Shown here one piece after another: positions 1-12,479 of a DNA stretch of 64,000 nt. The DNA lies in NCBI GenBank assembly GCA_049860595.1, contig CP187551.1. The stretch is one strand, 5' to 3'. The notes beneath the pieces were generated by a model. It made no database searches and was not told the DNA's origin. It was given only the letters and a program-made list of their open reading frames with translations. Positions within the stretch are counted from its first letter, which is position 1, and every line of letters starts with the position of its first letter. The translations under genes were made by a program, and so were the position numbers. This DNA comes from Methanocaldococcus sp. 16A. Lineage in GTDB: Archaea > AGJL01 > Methanococci > Methanococcales > Methanocaldococcaceae.

Positions 1-1248
<1,248 letters not shown>

Positions 1249-1256
<8 letters not shown>

Positions 1257-2013
1257 TGTTTCCCCTTTTTATATTTCCAATAATTCTTAACACTGCAAAT
1301 AATACTATACTAATCAAAATCATTCCAACTGATATTGGTTTTGAAGCTCCTAAACCAAAACTCATGAATCTCTCTAATATTAAAACTGGGACGGTTTTTG
1401 GATAATAAGCAATTATCAATATTGCCCCAACTTCACTGATTCCTCTTGCAAAGCTTAAAATAATTCCTGAGATGATATTATTCTTTATTAATGGTAGGGA
1501 TATTTCAAAAAACGTCCTTATCTTTGAAGCTCCTAAGGTTCTTGATACATACTCAATTTCTTCATCAACACTCAAAAATCCATCTCTTATGCTATTAATC
1601 ATAAATGGAATTCCTACAAATAAATAAACAACAACTATTCCCCAGAAGTTATCAACTATATATCTACCAATAAATTTTATAACATCAATACCATAAATGA
1701 AAGATAAAATAATAATACCTATAACACTGTGAGGTATAGCCATTGGTAAATCTAACACTGCCTCAAGAAAACTTTTAAATTTAAAATCATACCTTGCCAA
1801 AATATAGCCAGTAGGTATTCCAAAAATTAGTGCTATTAAAGTAGCAACAGCCCCAGCTAATAGTGTTGTTTTAAACGCCTCTACAACCTCTTTATCCAAT
1901 AATAAGCTCAAATCTCCAGGATTTGATAACATATAAATGATGGGCAAAAATATGAACAAGAATATCATTACCAAAAACATTGTCATTGCAATATCAAACT
2001 TTTCCATGTCCAT
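1249..2013 (-). CDS. wtpB: tungstate/molybdate ABC transporter permease
   Basis: Multi-TM protein, DLPMAIPHSVIG motif and EAA-like loop (EYVSRTLGAS), ModB/WtpB family. Confidence 0.85.
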
Positions 2014-2088
2014 CCCCTTAACGTAATTAAATCACCTAATTTATAAAATTTATGTTAATTGAGATTAATAAACAAGAGGAGGGAAGGT

Positions 2089-3072
2089 ATGATAACCGTT
2101 GGAATAGACCATGGGACTTCTGGAATAACCACATGCATAAAAAATAATGATAAAAAGATAATATTTAAACTAAAAAGGACAGAGCTTAAAGAGAAATCTT
2201 ATTTAGAAGAACTAAAGAAACATATTCCATTGGAGGATATTGATTTGATTACCTTAACTTACTCTATGGGTGATGGAATAAACAAAATTCTTTCCATAGA
2301 GAAAGTTAAAAATAGAGGAGTTTTGAGTATTGAAGGAGCTGGAGAGAAGGTTGGAGGAGGAACAAAGGTTTATGATGAGATTAAAGAATCTGGATTACCA
2401 GCAGTTGTTATCCCTGGGCTACATAGAAATGTTAAATGCTTAGATGAGAGGTTTAGAGCTTTATATTCTCATATAGCCTCACCAGAAAAGGTATCAATTG
2501 CTTATTATGCTCACAAGTTATTTGGGTTCAATGATTTTGTTTTATCCGATATTTCTTCAAACACTGTAACTTTACTAATAAAAGATGCTAAAATTTTTGG
2601 TGGATTTGACGCTTGCATTGGAGCTATTGGTATTTTACACGGTCCAATAGATTTAGAGATGATTAGAGATATAGATGCTAAAAAAATTACAGCTAATGAA
2701 GCATTTTCTAAAGCAGGGGCTGTTAAAATAGCTAAGCTCTACAAAGGTGTTGAAAACACAAAAGAAGAGATAATTAACAACTATTTTAATGATAAAAATT
2801 GCAAGTTGGCAGTTGATAGTTTAATTTTAAGTGTCTCTATGGAGATTAATAGCTTATTGCCCCTATTAGATAAAAATAAAAGAAGAGTTATTTTAGCTGG
2901 CTCTATAGGAACTTTGAGAAATCCAATAGATATTCCAAAGAGGATTAAAGAGTTTGTTGAGGCAAAAGTATTTGCTTTATATGGAGAGAGTGGAGCTATT
3001 GGAGGAGCTTTGATAGCTGAGGACATTTTAAAAGGTAAAAGAAATATTTTAGGTATTGAAGTGGAGTTTTAA
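2089..3072 (+). CDS. methanogenesis marker 12 protein (UPF0285, ASKHA/actin-like fold)
   Basis: N-terminal VGIDHGTSG phosphate-1 motif, DISSNTV, C-terminal GAIGGA; upstream of mtxX. Confidence 0.75.
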   Translation: MITVGIDHGTSGITTCIKNNDKKIIFKLKRTELKEKSYLEELKKHIPLEDIDLITLTYSMGDGINKILSIEKVKNRGVLSIEGAGEKVGGGTKVYDEIKESGLPAVVIPGLHRNVKCLDERFRALYSHIASPEKVSIAYYAHKLFGFNDFVLSDISSNTVTLLIKDAKIFGGFDACIGAIGILHGPIDLEMIRDIDAKKITANEAFSKAGAVKIAKLYKGVENTKEEIINNYFNDKNCKLAVDSLILSVSMEINSLLPLLDKNKRRVILAGSIGTLRNPIDIPKRIKEFVEAKVFALYGESGAIGGALIAEDILKGKRNILGIEVEF

Positions 3073-3081
3073 GTGATAACT

Positions 3082-3810
3082 ATGTATGCGATAGGTTTAG
3101 GAGAAGAAAATAAAAAAGAAATTTTAAAAGCTTATGAAAAATTAAAAGAAGAAGGAATTGAGGTTGAGTTAATTGACAATCCTAAACTGTTAATAGATAA
3201 TCTATTGGATGGAGATATAAAAGGAGCTGTTAGGGGCTCTCTATCTTCATCAAAAGTTATTCCCTATTTAAGAGAAAAAATAGGAAAATTTTATAGAGCA
3301 TCTATTTTAAAAAATCCATTTACTAATGAAATTTTTTTACTGTCCCCTGTAGGGATTGATGACATATCAGAGGATAAAAATGAAAGGTTAGAGGATAAAA
3401 TTAAAATTATAAAATATGCCTCTAATTTTTTAAAGAACCATAATATTGAACCAAAAGTTGCTGTGCTTTCTGGAGGAAGGTTGAGTGATTTAGGAAGAAA
3501 TAAAGTAGTGGATGAAACAATATACGAAGCTGAAAAAATTGTGAAGTATTTTAAAGGAGAGCTTGATATAATACATAATGGTATATTAATAGAAGAATAT
3601 TTAAAAGAGGGATATAATATTATTATAGCCATGGATGGAATTACTGGAAACATAATTTTTAGATGTTTAGGATTAATTTGTAAAATTGAAGGTTATGGAG
3701 CTGTTATTTTATCAGATAAAAATGTTAATTTTATTGATACAAGTAGAAATGCTGATTGGAAGAGGTATTATAATGCCGTCAAATTTTTAACAGGTGGGAG
3801 TTTTGGATAA
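3082..3810 (+). CDS. mtxX: methanogenesis marker protein MtxX/Mmp4 (putative methyltransferase)
   Basis: AVRGSLSSS, LSPVGIDD, LSGGRLSDLGR and DGITGNIIFR motifs of the MtxX family. Confidence 0.8.
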   Translation: MYAIGLGEENKKEILKAYEKLKEEGIEVELIDNPKLLIDNLLDGDIKGAVRGSLSSSKVIPYLREKIGKFYRASILKNPFTNEIFLLSPVGIDDISEDKNERLEDKIKIIKYASNFLKNHNIEPKVAVLSGGRLSDLGRNKVVDETIYEAEKIVKYFKGELDIIHNGILIEEYLKEGYNIIIAMDGITGNIIFRCLGLICKIEGYGAVILSDKNVNFIDTSRNADWKRYYNAVKFLTGGSFG

Positions 3811-4639
3811 TAATATAAAAAACAAATTAAAGAGTATTGGAAAACGACTTGCTATTGATTTTTATAGATTTTTAGAAAATTCTGGAGTTTTAAAAATTTA
3901 CGAAAAGATTTTAGAAGAATCAATTGATAAAAACAAGCTACCAAAACATGTGGCTATAATTATGGATGGAAATAGAAGAGCGGCAGAGATTTATGGAAAG
4001 GATAAATATTACGGGCATTACTTGGGGGCTGAAAAGGTTAGGGATGTTTTAAGGTGGGCAAGGGATTTGGGAATAAAGGTCGTTACCTTATATGCATTTT
4101 CTACAGAAAATTTTAAACGACCAAAAAAAGAAGTTGATAAACTTATGGAACTTTTTGAAAAAAAGTTTTATGAAATTGCAGAAGATGAAGAAATCCACGA
4201 GTATGAGGTTAGGGTTAAAGCAATTGGAAGGATTAATTTATTACCAAAAAATGTTCAAAAGGCAATAAAATATGCTGAAGATAAAACAAAAAACTACAAT
4301 AAATTTTTTGTAAATATTGCAATAGCTTATGGAGGACAACAAGAAATAATAGATGCTGTAAAAAAGATAGCTGAGAAGGTTAAGAGGGGAGAGATAGAGC
4401 CAGAGGATATTGATAAAGAGCTGATAGATAAGCATTTATACACTGCTGATTTGCCATTTCCAAATCCTGATTTGATTATTAGGACTTCTGGGGAGGAGAG
4501 GATTAGTAATTTTTTAATTTGGCAGAGTTCTTATTCAGAGTTGTATTTTTGTGACATATATTGGCCGTTATTTAGGAGAGTGGATTTTTTAAGAGCTATT
4601 AGAGAATATCAAAGGAGACATAGGAGGTTTGGCAAATGA
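3794..4639 (+). CDS. uppS: polyprenyl (undecaprenyl/dolichol-type) diphosphate synthase, cis-prenyltransferase
   Basis: HVAIIMDGNRR, YAFSTENFKRP, DLIIRTSGEERISNFLIWQ. Confidence 0.95.
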   Translation: MGVLDNNIKNKLKSIGKRLAIDFYRFLENSGVLKIYEKILEESIDKNKLPKHVAIIMDGNRRAAEIYGKDKYYGHYLGAEKVRDVLRWARDLGIKVVTLYAFSTENFKRPKKEVDKLMELFEKKFYEIAEDEEIHEYEVRVKAIGRINLLPKNVQKAIKYAEDKTKNYNKFFVNIAIAYGGQQEIIDAVKKIAEKVKRGEIEPEDIDKELIDKHLYTADLPFPNPDLIIRTSGEERISNFLIWQSSYSELYFCDIYWPLFRRVDFLRAIREYQRRHRRFGK

Positions 4640-5139
4640 AAAAGAACATAATTATATTATTATTTACTGTTATTCTTTGTTCTGTAACTTTGTGTGGCTG
4701 TATCTCTTTTGAAAAAAATATCTCTGAAAAAAATAAAATAGAATATTATAATATAAAAAATAACTCATATATTAATTCAAATACCTCTAAAAATCAAAGT
4801 ATTCAAAACACTAACAAAAATACAATAGATAATAAAACTAATCTTCCAAAAACATTAAATTATGAAATAATTGCTTATGGAGCTTTTGGAGAAAAAAGTA
4901 GAGGATATTATTACTATCATGAAGACAACAAAACTATAATAGTTATAAACTTAGGAGAGATGCCAACTGCAGGATATGAAATAAAGATAATAAATATAAC
5001 AAAAACTAATAACAGAATTATAGTTTATTATAAAGTTGTTCCACCAAAGGAATTTGCAGCAATGGTTATAACCTATCCTTATATAAAAATATCAGTAAAT
5101 GGAACATATGAAGTAGAATGTAGAGAGGTAAAAGATTAA
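4636..5139 (+). CDS. lipoprotein with PrcB C-terminal-like domain
   Basis: Signal peptide with lipobox TLCGC, Asn/Lys-rich linker, LGEMPTAGYEIKI...AMVITYPY motif. Confidence 0.65.
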   Translation: MKKNIIILLFTVILCSVTLCGCISFEKNISEKNKIEYYNIKNNSYINSNTSKNQSIQNTNKNTIDNKTNLPKTLNYEIIAYGAFGEKSRGYYYYHEDNKTIIVINLGEMPTAGYEIKIINITKTNNRIIVYYKVVPPKEFAAMVITYPYIKISVNGTYEVECREVKD

Positions 5140-5197
5140 TAATTGGCTGAATATAATAATTTTACAGTTTAAAACACTAAAAAGGAGATGTGGTATT

Positions 5198-5998
5198 TTG
5201 AGGGTGGAAGTTATTTTTTTAGGATGTGGTGGTGGAAGATGGGCAACAATAACACAAAAAAAGGCAACAGGTGGGTTTAGGATACACACTAATGAACTTA
5301 GAATGCATGTAGACCCGGGGCCGGGAGCAATAGTAAGATTAAACGAGTTAAAAATATCTCCATGGAGAACTAACGCTTTATTTATCTCTCATTGCCATCC
5401 AGACCACTACACTGATGGAGAAGTTATTGTTGAAGCTATAACCCAAGGAATGACTAAAAAAAGAGGGGTTTTCTTAGGAAATCTCTCAGTTGTTAAAGGT
5501 TTTGGAGAGTATGAATATGTTATATCAAAATATCATCAATCTAAGCTTGAAAAAGTTCAGGTTTTATATCCTGGAGATGAAGTAGAGCTGTATGATACAA
5601 CAATAAAGGCAACACATACAAAACATGGAGACCCATTTGGTATTGGTTTTAGGTTGAAAACAATTTATGGAGATATTGGCTATACATCAGACACTGAGCT
5701 AATACCTCAATTGATTGAAGACTTTGATGGAGTCAGAATTTTAATAGCAAATATTGTTAGAAAGAAAAATGAAAGGATTAGAGGACATTTATGTTCAAAT
5801 GATGCTATAGATTTAATAAACTCAATGAGTAAAAAGCCAGAGTTATTGATAATGAACCACATGGGAGTTAAGATGACAAATCCTCAAATAGAGGCAGAAT
5901 ATATTTCCCAAAATACTGGAATAGAAGTTATTCCAGCAAAATTAGGATTGAAAGTTGAGCTTTTAAATGGGAACTATAAGTATCAGTTAATTAAATAA
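5198..5998 (+). CDS. MBL-fold metallo-hydrolase
   Basis: FLGCGGGR, VDPGPG, SHCHPDH metal motif, YTSDT. Confidence 0.85.
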   Translation: MRVEVIFLGCGGGRWATITQKKATGGFRIHTNELRMHVDPGPGAIVRLNELKISPWRTNALFISHCHPDHYTDGEVIVEAITQGMTKKRGVFLGNLSVVKGFGEYEYVISKYHQSKLEKVQVLYPGDEVELYDTTIKATHTKHGDPFGIGFRLKTIYGDIGYTSDTELIPQLIEDFDGVRILIANIVRKKNERIRGHLCSNDAIDLINSMSKKPELLIMNHMGVKMTNPQIEAEYISQNTGIEVIPAKLGLKVELLNGNYKYQLIK

Positions 5999-7248
5999 TT
6001 ATGCTTTTTTATTCTTAAAATAGCAAAAACTCCAAGTAAAAAAACCGCTATTGATGTTATTAGTGTAGCTAAACTACCTCCAACAATTCCATAGGCATTT
6101 ACCAAAATTAAATTTAAAACAACATTTAAAATTATTCCAAATAAAATTATATAAAATGAGATTTTTGCATATCCCAAACCTTGAAGTGCAGAGGATATTA
6201 AGGTATAATAACTCATAAATAAAGAAGAGATTGCTAAAATTCTTAGGCATAAAATTCCTTCTGGATTAGCTATTTTAAAAAATGCTATTAATGGAATTTC
6301 TGGAAAAAATAAACAACCAATAACAAAAATTGATGAAAATATAGTATTTTGGATAATTCCTTCTTTTAATAAGCTTAAATCCTTTGTCTTAGATATTCTT
6401 GGAAGAAGTGGAATACTAACAGCTGAAGCAAACATAAATATTCCTCTTGATATTAAAGAAGAGTATCCATAAATTCCGCTCCAAAATCCTCCCATAATGG
6501 ACATTATCACAACATTATCAATATCTCCAAACAATCTATAAGATGATGAGGTTAAAGCAATAGGGATTGAGTATTTTAAAACCTTTAAATTGAAATCTGA
6601 AAAGATATTTTTTGTTATATTTTTTATATCTACTAATTTTTTAAAGTCTAATTTTCCTTTTAATGCTTTATAAATTAAATACATTCCAAAAATCCCTGCT
6701 ACTAAATAAGATAGTGATATTGATAATAAAGAACCAAAAATTCCTAAATATAGGGTTAAAATAAAAACTAAAATAACCTTTACTGTATATTCAACAATCC
6801 ATGTAAAAGAGAGATATTTAATCTTTAACAATCCTTGCAGTATTCCTCTTGAAAAGGCTATTAATGTTGAAGCAACCACACAAAACCCAATTGCTAAGTA
6901 TAATGAGTTGTCCAAAGATAAATAATACCCTCCCAATATATATTTTACATAGGGAGTTAAAACAAATCCAAATATTGAGAACAAAATCATTAAATATAAT
7001 ATTGGAATATATTTGTTAATATTTACCTCTTTCTCCTCAGATAAAAATTTTGCTATAGCTGGAGGAATGCCAGAAGAGAATAAAATTGTTAGAGTATCAA
7101 CTATTGGCATTAAACCTTTTAAAATCCCAAATGCCTCTGTCCCTAACAAAAATGCAGTTATGAAATAAAATAGATATGCCATTCCTTTTGAATAAATATT
7201 TGAGATTAATATGTAAATGCTATCTCTACCTAAACTCATAAAAATCAT
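5983..7248 (-). CDS. polysaccharide/oligosaccharide flippase (MOP superfamily, Wzx-like)
   Basis: About 12 TM segments, LGTEAFG and [10 protein letters not shown] patterns of Wzx/RfbX flippases. Confidence 0.8.
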   Translation of the reverse strand: MIFMSLGRDSIYILISNIYSKGMAYLFYFITAFLLGTEAFGILKGLMPIVDTLTILFSSGIPPAIAKFLSEEKEVNINKYIPILYLMILFSIFGFVLTPYVKYILGGYYLSLDNSLYLAIGFCVVASTLIAFSRGILQGLLKIKYLSFTWIVEYTVKVILVFILTLYLGIFGSLLSISLSYLVAGIFGMYLIYKALKGKLDFKKLVDIKNITKNIFSDFNLKVLKYSIPIALTSSSYRLFGDIDNVVIMSIMGGFWSGIYGYSSLISRGIFMFASAVSIPLLPRISKTKDLSLLKEGIIQNTIFSSIFVIGCLFFPEIPLIAFFKIANPEGILCLRILAISSLFMSYYTLISSALQGLGYAKISFYIILFGIILNVVLNLILVNAYGIVGGSLATLITSIAVFLLGVFAILRIKKHNYLIN

Positions 7249-7310
7249 CTTATCCTACTTTTAACTACATAAAATTGTTTTTAATATTTTTAAAATTTGT
7301 GGTGAAACTT

Positions 7311-8051
7311 ATGGGAAGAAAAGATAAAAGATGGATTTTGCAAAGAAAGAAAGATTTTTACTATAAATTAGCTAAAAAACTTAAATATCGTTCAAGAGCT
7401 TCTTTTAAATTAATGCAATTAAATGAAAAATTTAATGTAATAAAACCAGGAAAAATAGTTTTGGATTTAGGTTGTGCTCCAGGCGGATGGATGCAAGTAG
7501 CGAGAGAAATAGTTGGAGATAAGGGATTTGTTATTGGTATTGACTTACAAGCGGTTAAGCCATTTGAATATGATAATGTAGTTGCAATAAAAGGAGATTT
7601 CACCTTAGAAGAGAACCTAAATAAAATTAAAGAGTTAATTCCAAATGAAGAAAAAAAAGTAGATGTTGTTATAAGTGATGCTTCTCCAAATATAAGTGGT
7701 TATTGGGATATAGACCACGCTCGTTCAATTGATTTGGTAACTACTGCCTTACAAATAGCTACTGAGATGCTAAAAGAAAGAGGGAATTTTGTAGCTAAGG
7801 TATTTTATGGAGATATGGTAGATGATTATAAAAATTTAGTTAAAAAATACTTTGAAAAGGTTTATATTACAAAGCCTCAAGCTTCAAGAAAAGAAAGTGC
7901 TGAGGTTTATGTGATAGCTAAAAGATATACTGGCAAAAAATGGGAAGAAGAGAATAAGATAAAAAGAATTAATAAAGTTGAAGATGAAGGCAATAATGAG
8001 TTATTAGTAAAAAAAATTAAAGAGATGAGGAAATTACACTCTAAGAATTAA
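7311..8051 (+). CDS. rlmE: 23S rRNA 2'-O-methyltransferase RlmE/FtsJ
   Basis: [44 protein letters not shown]; GGTGA RBS before ATG 7311. Confidence 0.95.
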   Translation: MGRKDKRWILQRKKDFYYKLAKKLKYRSRASFKLMQLNEKFNVIKPGKIVLDLGCAPGGWMQVAREIVGDKGFVIGIDLQAVKPFEYDNVVAIKGDFTLEENLNKIKELIPNEEKKVDVVISDASPNISGYWDIDHARSIDLVTTALQIATEMLKERGNFVAKVFYGDMVDDYKNLVKKYFEKVYITKPQASRKESAEVYVIAKRYTGKKWEEENKIKRINKVEDEGNNELLVKKIKEMRKLHSKN

Positions 8052-8124
8052 GTGTGAAATATTTTCAAAACATAACTATACCCATTTTTGCCTTTTTTAT
8101 TTGAAAAATATTTTGGTGATAATA

Positions 8125-9144
8125 ATGAAGTTTTACAATAGAGAAAGAGAAGTAAATTTTTTAAAAAATTATTGTCTGTTGGAGCCGAATTCTATATTAT
8201 TTGTTTATGGACCAAAATCTTCAGGAAAAACTACTGTAATGCTTAGGGTTATTGAAGAATTGTCTAAAAATGACGATATTATATTCTTCTATTACGATTT
8301 AAGAGAATACGCAACTCCAACAAAAGAGGAATTTTTAGAAATATTTTTTGAAAAAGGTGATAAAAAATACCTACTAAATAAATTTGAATTTAACTTAAAA
8401 ATTTTCAAATTTGGAATAGAAGAGAATTTTGATTTTAACAAAGTATCTTTAAATGATGTTTTTACTAAAATAAAAGAAAGTATAAAAGACGTTGTTAAAG
8501 ATGGTAAAAAACCTGTATTAATTATTGATGAATTGCAAAAGTTAAAGAATATTTACTTTAACGGGGGTAAATCCTTATTAACTGAATTGTTTAATTTATT
8601 TGTTTATTTAACAAAAGTTAGACATCTCTGCCATGTTATTTGCTTAACCTCTGATACTTTATTTATTGAAGAAATTTATAGAAATTCAACATTAAAAAAT
8701 GCCTCAGAATATTATTTAATAGATTGGTTAAATAAAGAAACTATAAAAAATATTTTAAAAGAAGAAAACTTTAATGAAGAGGAAATAAACTATGCAATTA
8801 ATTATTTATCTCTTCCTTATGAAATCTCTCAATTAATCAACAATAAAAAATTAGGATTAACTGTTGAGGAAACTATAAAACAATGGATAAATATTGAATC
8901 GGATAGTTTAATGTATTTAATAGCAAACATTCCTGATGAAACAGATGAAAATAAAATAAATAAAATTTTAAGTATGTTTAAAAATAACATTATGGTTAAA
9001 GATTATGAAATTATTAAAAAAGAATATATAAAAGAGTTTAAATTCTTAGTTGAAAATGAAATTTTATTTTATGATGTTATTAATGGCATTATTAAGCCTA
9101 CTTCTATAATTGAATGGTTTGCCATTAAAGAAATTATAAAATAA
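8125..9144 (+). CDS. archaeal (MJ-type/STAND) ATPase, ATPase_2 family
   Basis: MKFYNRERE start, YGPKSSGKT Walker A, LIIDELQ Walker B, HLCHVICLTSD. Confidence 0.85.
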   Translation: MKFYNREREVNFLKNYCLLEPNSILFVYGPKSSGKTTVMLRVIEELSKNDDIIFFYYDLREYATPTKEEFLEIFFEKGDKKYLLNKFEFNLKIFKFGIEENFDFNKVSLNDVFTKIKESIKDVVKDGKKPVLIIDELQKLKNIYFNGGKSLLTELFNLFVYLTKVRHLCHVICLTSDTLFIEEIYRNSTLKNASEYYLIDWLNKETIKNILKEENFNEEEINYAINYLSLPYEISQLINNKKLGLTVEETIKQWINIESDSLMYLIANIPDETDENKINKILSMFKNNIMVKDYEIIKKEYIKEFKFLVENEILFYDVINGIIKPTSIIEWFAIKEIIK

Positions 9145-9160
9145 AAATAAAAATTATTAT

Positions 9161-10819
9161 TTATCTATGTGCATAGCAACAAACTACTTCACTATCTTTT
9201 TTATCCACTCTTACAAATCCAAATCTCTCAAATTGAATAATGTCATCAACTTCAACCATGTTGAAATCTTTTTCAGCAAAGCCCTCTTTTATTTCACCAT
9301 TAGGCATTAAAACTTTAACCTTTACACTATCTTTTACAGGAATCCAGTGTATAATTTTAGCTTTATTTTTTCTTGCTATTTTAAAGTCATCTGAGTGATA
9401 TTTAGCTAATGCAATATCATTAACTTTTTCAACAACTATATTGAAGAGTTCCATTAATCTATACATCTTATTCTCTTCCAACTCATCTCCAACAACATAA
9501 ACCTCTCCATCAAATATTAATTCTCTTTCACCAAACTCTGGTCTATCTGGATGCATTCTAAGCTTTAAAACTCTCTTTTCAACATTTTCAATAACAAGCT
9601 TTTTTGGATTCCAGACAAAGAAGAATCTCCTTGCATCTTTATCTATAAATTCTTTATTTATTGCATATAGGTTTTCCCATGAAAATTTAACATCTGCCTG
9701 CTTAATTCCAATTCTCTTCATTATTTCATATATTGCTTCAGCTTTAATCCCCCTTCTTCTTAAAGCTCTTAATGTACCTAATCTAACATCATCCCATCCA
9801 CTATAAAGCCCTTCTTTAATTCCTTTGTACATGGAGGAAGTGCTTAATACAATATCTTCTATCTTTAAAATTCCATAGTGTATAAATTCTGGCATTTCCC
9901 AGCCAAAGTATTTGTAAATATAAGCTTGTTTTTCAGTATTTACAATGTGGTCTTTTCCTCTCAAAACATGGGTCATTCCCAATAAATAATCATCCACAGG
10001 CACTGAGAAGTTCATTAATGGGTAGACGCAATATTTATCTCCAGTTCTTGGATGTGGAGTTTTTTCTATCCTAAATATTGGAAAATCTCTTATAGATGGG
10101 TTTTTGTGCTTAATATCTGTTTTTAATCTAACAGCAACATTTTCAAGTTCTCCATTTAACATTTTTTCCCAAAGTTCTAAGTTATCTTCAACAGCTCTAT
10201 CTCTACACTTACATGGGATTCCTTTATTTCTTAGCTCTCTAAACTCTTCTGGATTGCAGTCACAAACATAAGCATGTCCCATTTCAATCAATTTTCTACC
10301 ATATTCATAATAAAGCTCTATTCTATCTGATTGAATAACTACTTCATCAACTTTAACTCCTAACCAATCTAAATCTTCTTTAATCATATCATAAGCTTCT
10401 GGTAAAACTCTCTTTGGGTCAGTATCCTCTAATCTTAAAATTAATCTTCCATTATATTTTTTAACAAAGTAATCATTTAATACCGCTGCTCTTGCATGTC
10501 CTATATGTAAAGGCCCTGATGGATTAGGAGCGAATCTCATAACTACCTTATCTTTTACATTTGGTAGCTCTAAACCTTTCTCTTTCTTATCTTTCTTTTT
10601 CTCTTCTATATTCAATTCTTCCAACTTTTTTTTCATTTCTTCTAACGATAGTTTATTGACATCTTCAACAATTTTTTCTATAATTGGCATTACTTCCTTT
10701 GCTTTACTTCTATATTCTGGATTTTCTGACAAAAATATTCCTAAAACTGCCTTTGGATTAGCTTTTCCATTATATTTTATGGCATTTCTTAATGCAATTG
10801 CCAAAATCTTCTCTTCCAC
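9161..10819 (-). CDS. gltX: glutamate--tRNA ligase
   Basis: [14 protein letters not shown] (HIGH), [19 protein letters not shown]. Confidence 0.97.
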   Translation of the reverse strand: MEEKILAIALRNAIKYNGKANPKAVLGIFLSENPEYRSKAKEVMPIIEKIVEDVNKLSLEEMKKKLEELNIEEKKKDKKEKGLELPNVKDKVVMRFAPNPSGPLHIGHARAAVLNDYFVKKYNGRLILRLEDTDPKRVLPEAYDMIKEDLDWLGVKVDEVVIQSDRIELYYEYGRKLIEMGHAYVCDCNPEEFRELRNKGIPCKCRDRAVEDNLELWEKMLNGELENVAVRLKTDIKHKNPSIRDFPIFRIEKTPHPRTGDKYCVYPLMNFSVPVDDYLLGMTHVLRGKDHIVNTEKQAYIYKYFGWEMPEFIHYGILKIEDIVLSTSSMYKGIKEGLYSGWDDVRLGTLRALRRRGIKAEAIYEIMKRIGIKQADVKFSWENLYAINKEFIDKDARRFFFVWNPKKLVIENVEKRVLKLRMHPDRPEFGERELIFDGEVYVVGDELEENKMYRLMELFNIVVEKVNDIALAKYHSDDFKIARKNKAKIIHWIPVKDSVKVKVLMPNGEIKEGFAEKDFNMVEVDDIIQFERFGFVRVDKKDSEVVCCYAHR

Positions 10820-11002
10820 ATTACCACCTTTAGAACCATTAACTTTAAAAACCTTAACTGATTATTATGGAAAGGATACTTAAATGTAAGTAACCATATT
10901 ATAATTATGCAATTTTAAAAAGCTCATCTTCAATATTAAAGTAATCTGAGCAGTAATAGTTAAATATATAAATATTGTAAAATATTATTGTGGTGGATAT
11001 TG

Positions 11003-12457
11003 ATGGAAAGTATTGAGAAAGTTATGGTTTTTGGTTCTGGGCCGATAGTTATTGGACAGGCAGCAGAGTTCGATTTTTCAGGTTCTCAGGCGTGTAAGGC
11101 TTTGAAGGAAGAAGGAATTTATACTATTTTAGTAAATTCAAACCCGGCAACTATCCAAACAGATACAGACATGGCAGATAAGGTTTATTTAGAGCCATTA
11201 CATCCAAAAATTGTTGAAAAGATTATTGAGAAAGAAAGACCAGATGCTATTTTACCAACTATGGGAGGTCAAACTGGACTTAACTTAGCTTTAGAGTTAC
11301 ATAGAAGAGGGATTTTAGACAAATATGGAATAAAACTTCTTGGTTCAAATATAAGGACAATTGAAATAGCAGAGGATAGAGAGCTTTTTGCTAAGGCAAT
11401 GGCTGAAATTAATGAGCCAGTTACAAAGTGTAAAGCAGTTAATTCTGTTGATGAAGCTCTTGAGTTTGCTGAAGAGATTGGCTACCCAGTTATTGTAAGA
11501 CCTGCATTTACATTAGGAGGAACAGGAGGAGGAATAGCACACAACAAAGAAGAATTAATAGATATTGCTTCAAAAGGTTTAAAATATTCAATAATTAATC
11601 AAGTTTTAATTGATGAGAGTGTTTTAGGATGGAAAGAATTTGAGTTAGAGGTTATGAGGGACAGAAAAGATACATGTATAATTGTCTGTGGTATGGAGAA
11701 CATAGACCCTATGGGAATACACACTGGAGAGAGTATTGTTGTTTCTCCAATACAAACATTACCAGATGAGTTTTACCAAAAGCTAAGAAATGCGGCTATA
11801 AAGATTATAAGACATTTAGGAATTGAGGGAGGATGTAATATACAATTTGCAGTAAATAAGGAAATGACTGAGTATAGAGTTATTGAAGTTAATCCAAGAG
11901 TTTCAAGAAGTTCAGCTTTAGCAAGTAAAGCTACTGGTTACCCAATAGCAAGGATTGCTGCAAAAATAGCTATAGGAAAAACATTAGATGAAATTTTAAA
12001 TGATGTTACAAAAGAGACACCAGCAAGCTTTGAGCCAACTTTAGACTATGTTGTTGTAAAAATCCCAAGATGGCCGTTTGATAAGTTCAAGACAGTAGAT
12101 AAGAGATTAGGAACAAGTATGAAATCTACTGGGGAAGTAATGGCAATTGGTAGAAGCTTTGAAGAAGCTCTGCAGAAAGCAATTAGAAGTTTAGACATTG
12201 GTAGATTAGGTTTAATTGGTGATGGGAAGGATAAGGACTATAGTGATGAAGAAATTGAAAACATATTGAAAAATCCAACTGATGAGAGGATTTTTGTTAT
12301 AGCTAAGGCATTAGAGAAAGGATGGAGTGTTGAAAAAATCTGCGAATTAACAAATATTGATGAGTTCTTCATTAAGAAGATTAAAAATATTGTTGATATG
12401 AAAAAAGAGTTAGAAAAACTTAAAGAAGAAATTAAGGAATTAAATTTAAGTAGTTAA
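11003..12457 (+). CDS. carB1: carbamoyl-phosphate synthase large chain, N-terminal section
   Basis: [46 protein letters not shown]. Confidence 0.95.
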   Translation: MESIEKVMVFGSGPIVIGQAAEFDFSGSQACKALKEEGIYTILVNSNPATIQTDTDMADKVYLEPLHPKIVEKIIEKERPDAILPTMGGQTGLNLALELHRRGILDKYGIKLLGSNIRTIEIAEDRELFAKAMAEINEPVTKCKAVNSVDEALEFAEEIGYPVIVRPAFTLGGTGGGIAHNKEELIDIASKGLKYSIINQVLIDESVLGWKEFELEVMRDRKDTCIIVCGMENIDPMGIHTGESIVVSPIQTLPDEFYQKLRNAAIKIIRHLGIEGGCNIQFAVNKEMTEYRVIEVNPRVSRSSALASKATGYPIARIAAKIAIGKTLDEILNDVTKETPASFEPTLDYVVVKIPRWPFDKFKTVDKRLGTSMKSTGEVMAIGRSFEEALQKAIRSLDIGRLGLIGDGKDKDYSDEEIENILKNPTDERIFVIAKALEKGWSVEKICELTNIDEFFIKKIKNIVDMKKELEKLKEEIKELNLSS

Positions 12458-12479
12458 AATAATTATTAGGTGAAAAACT

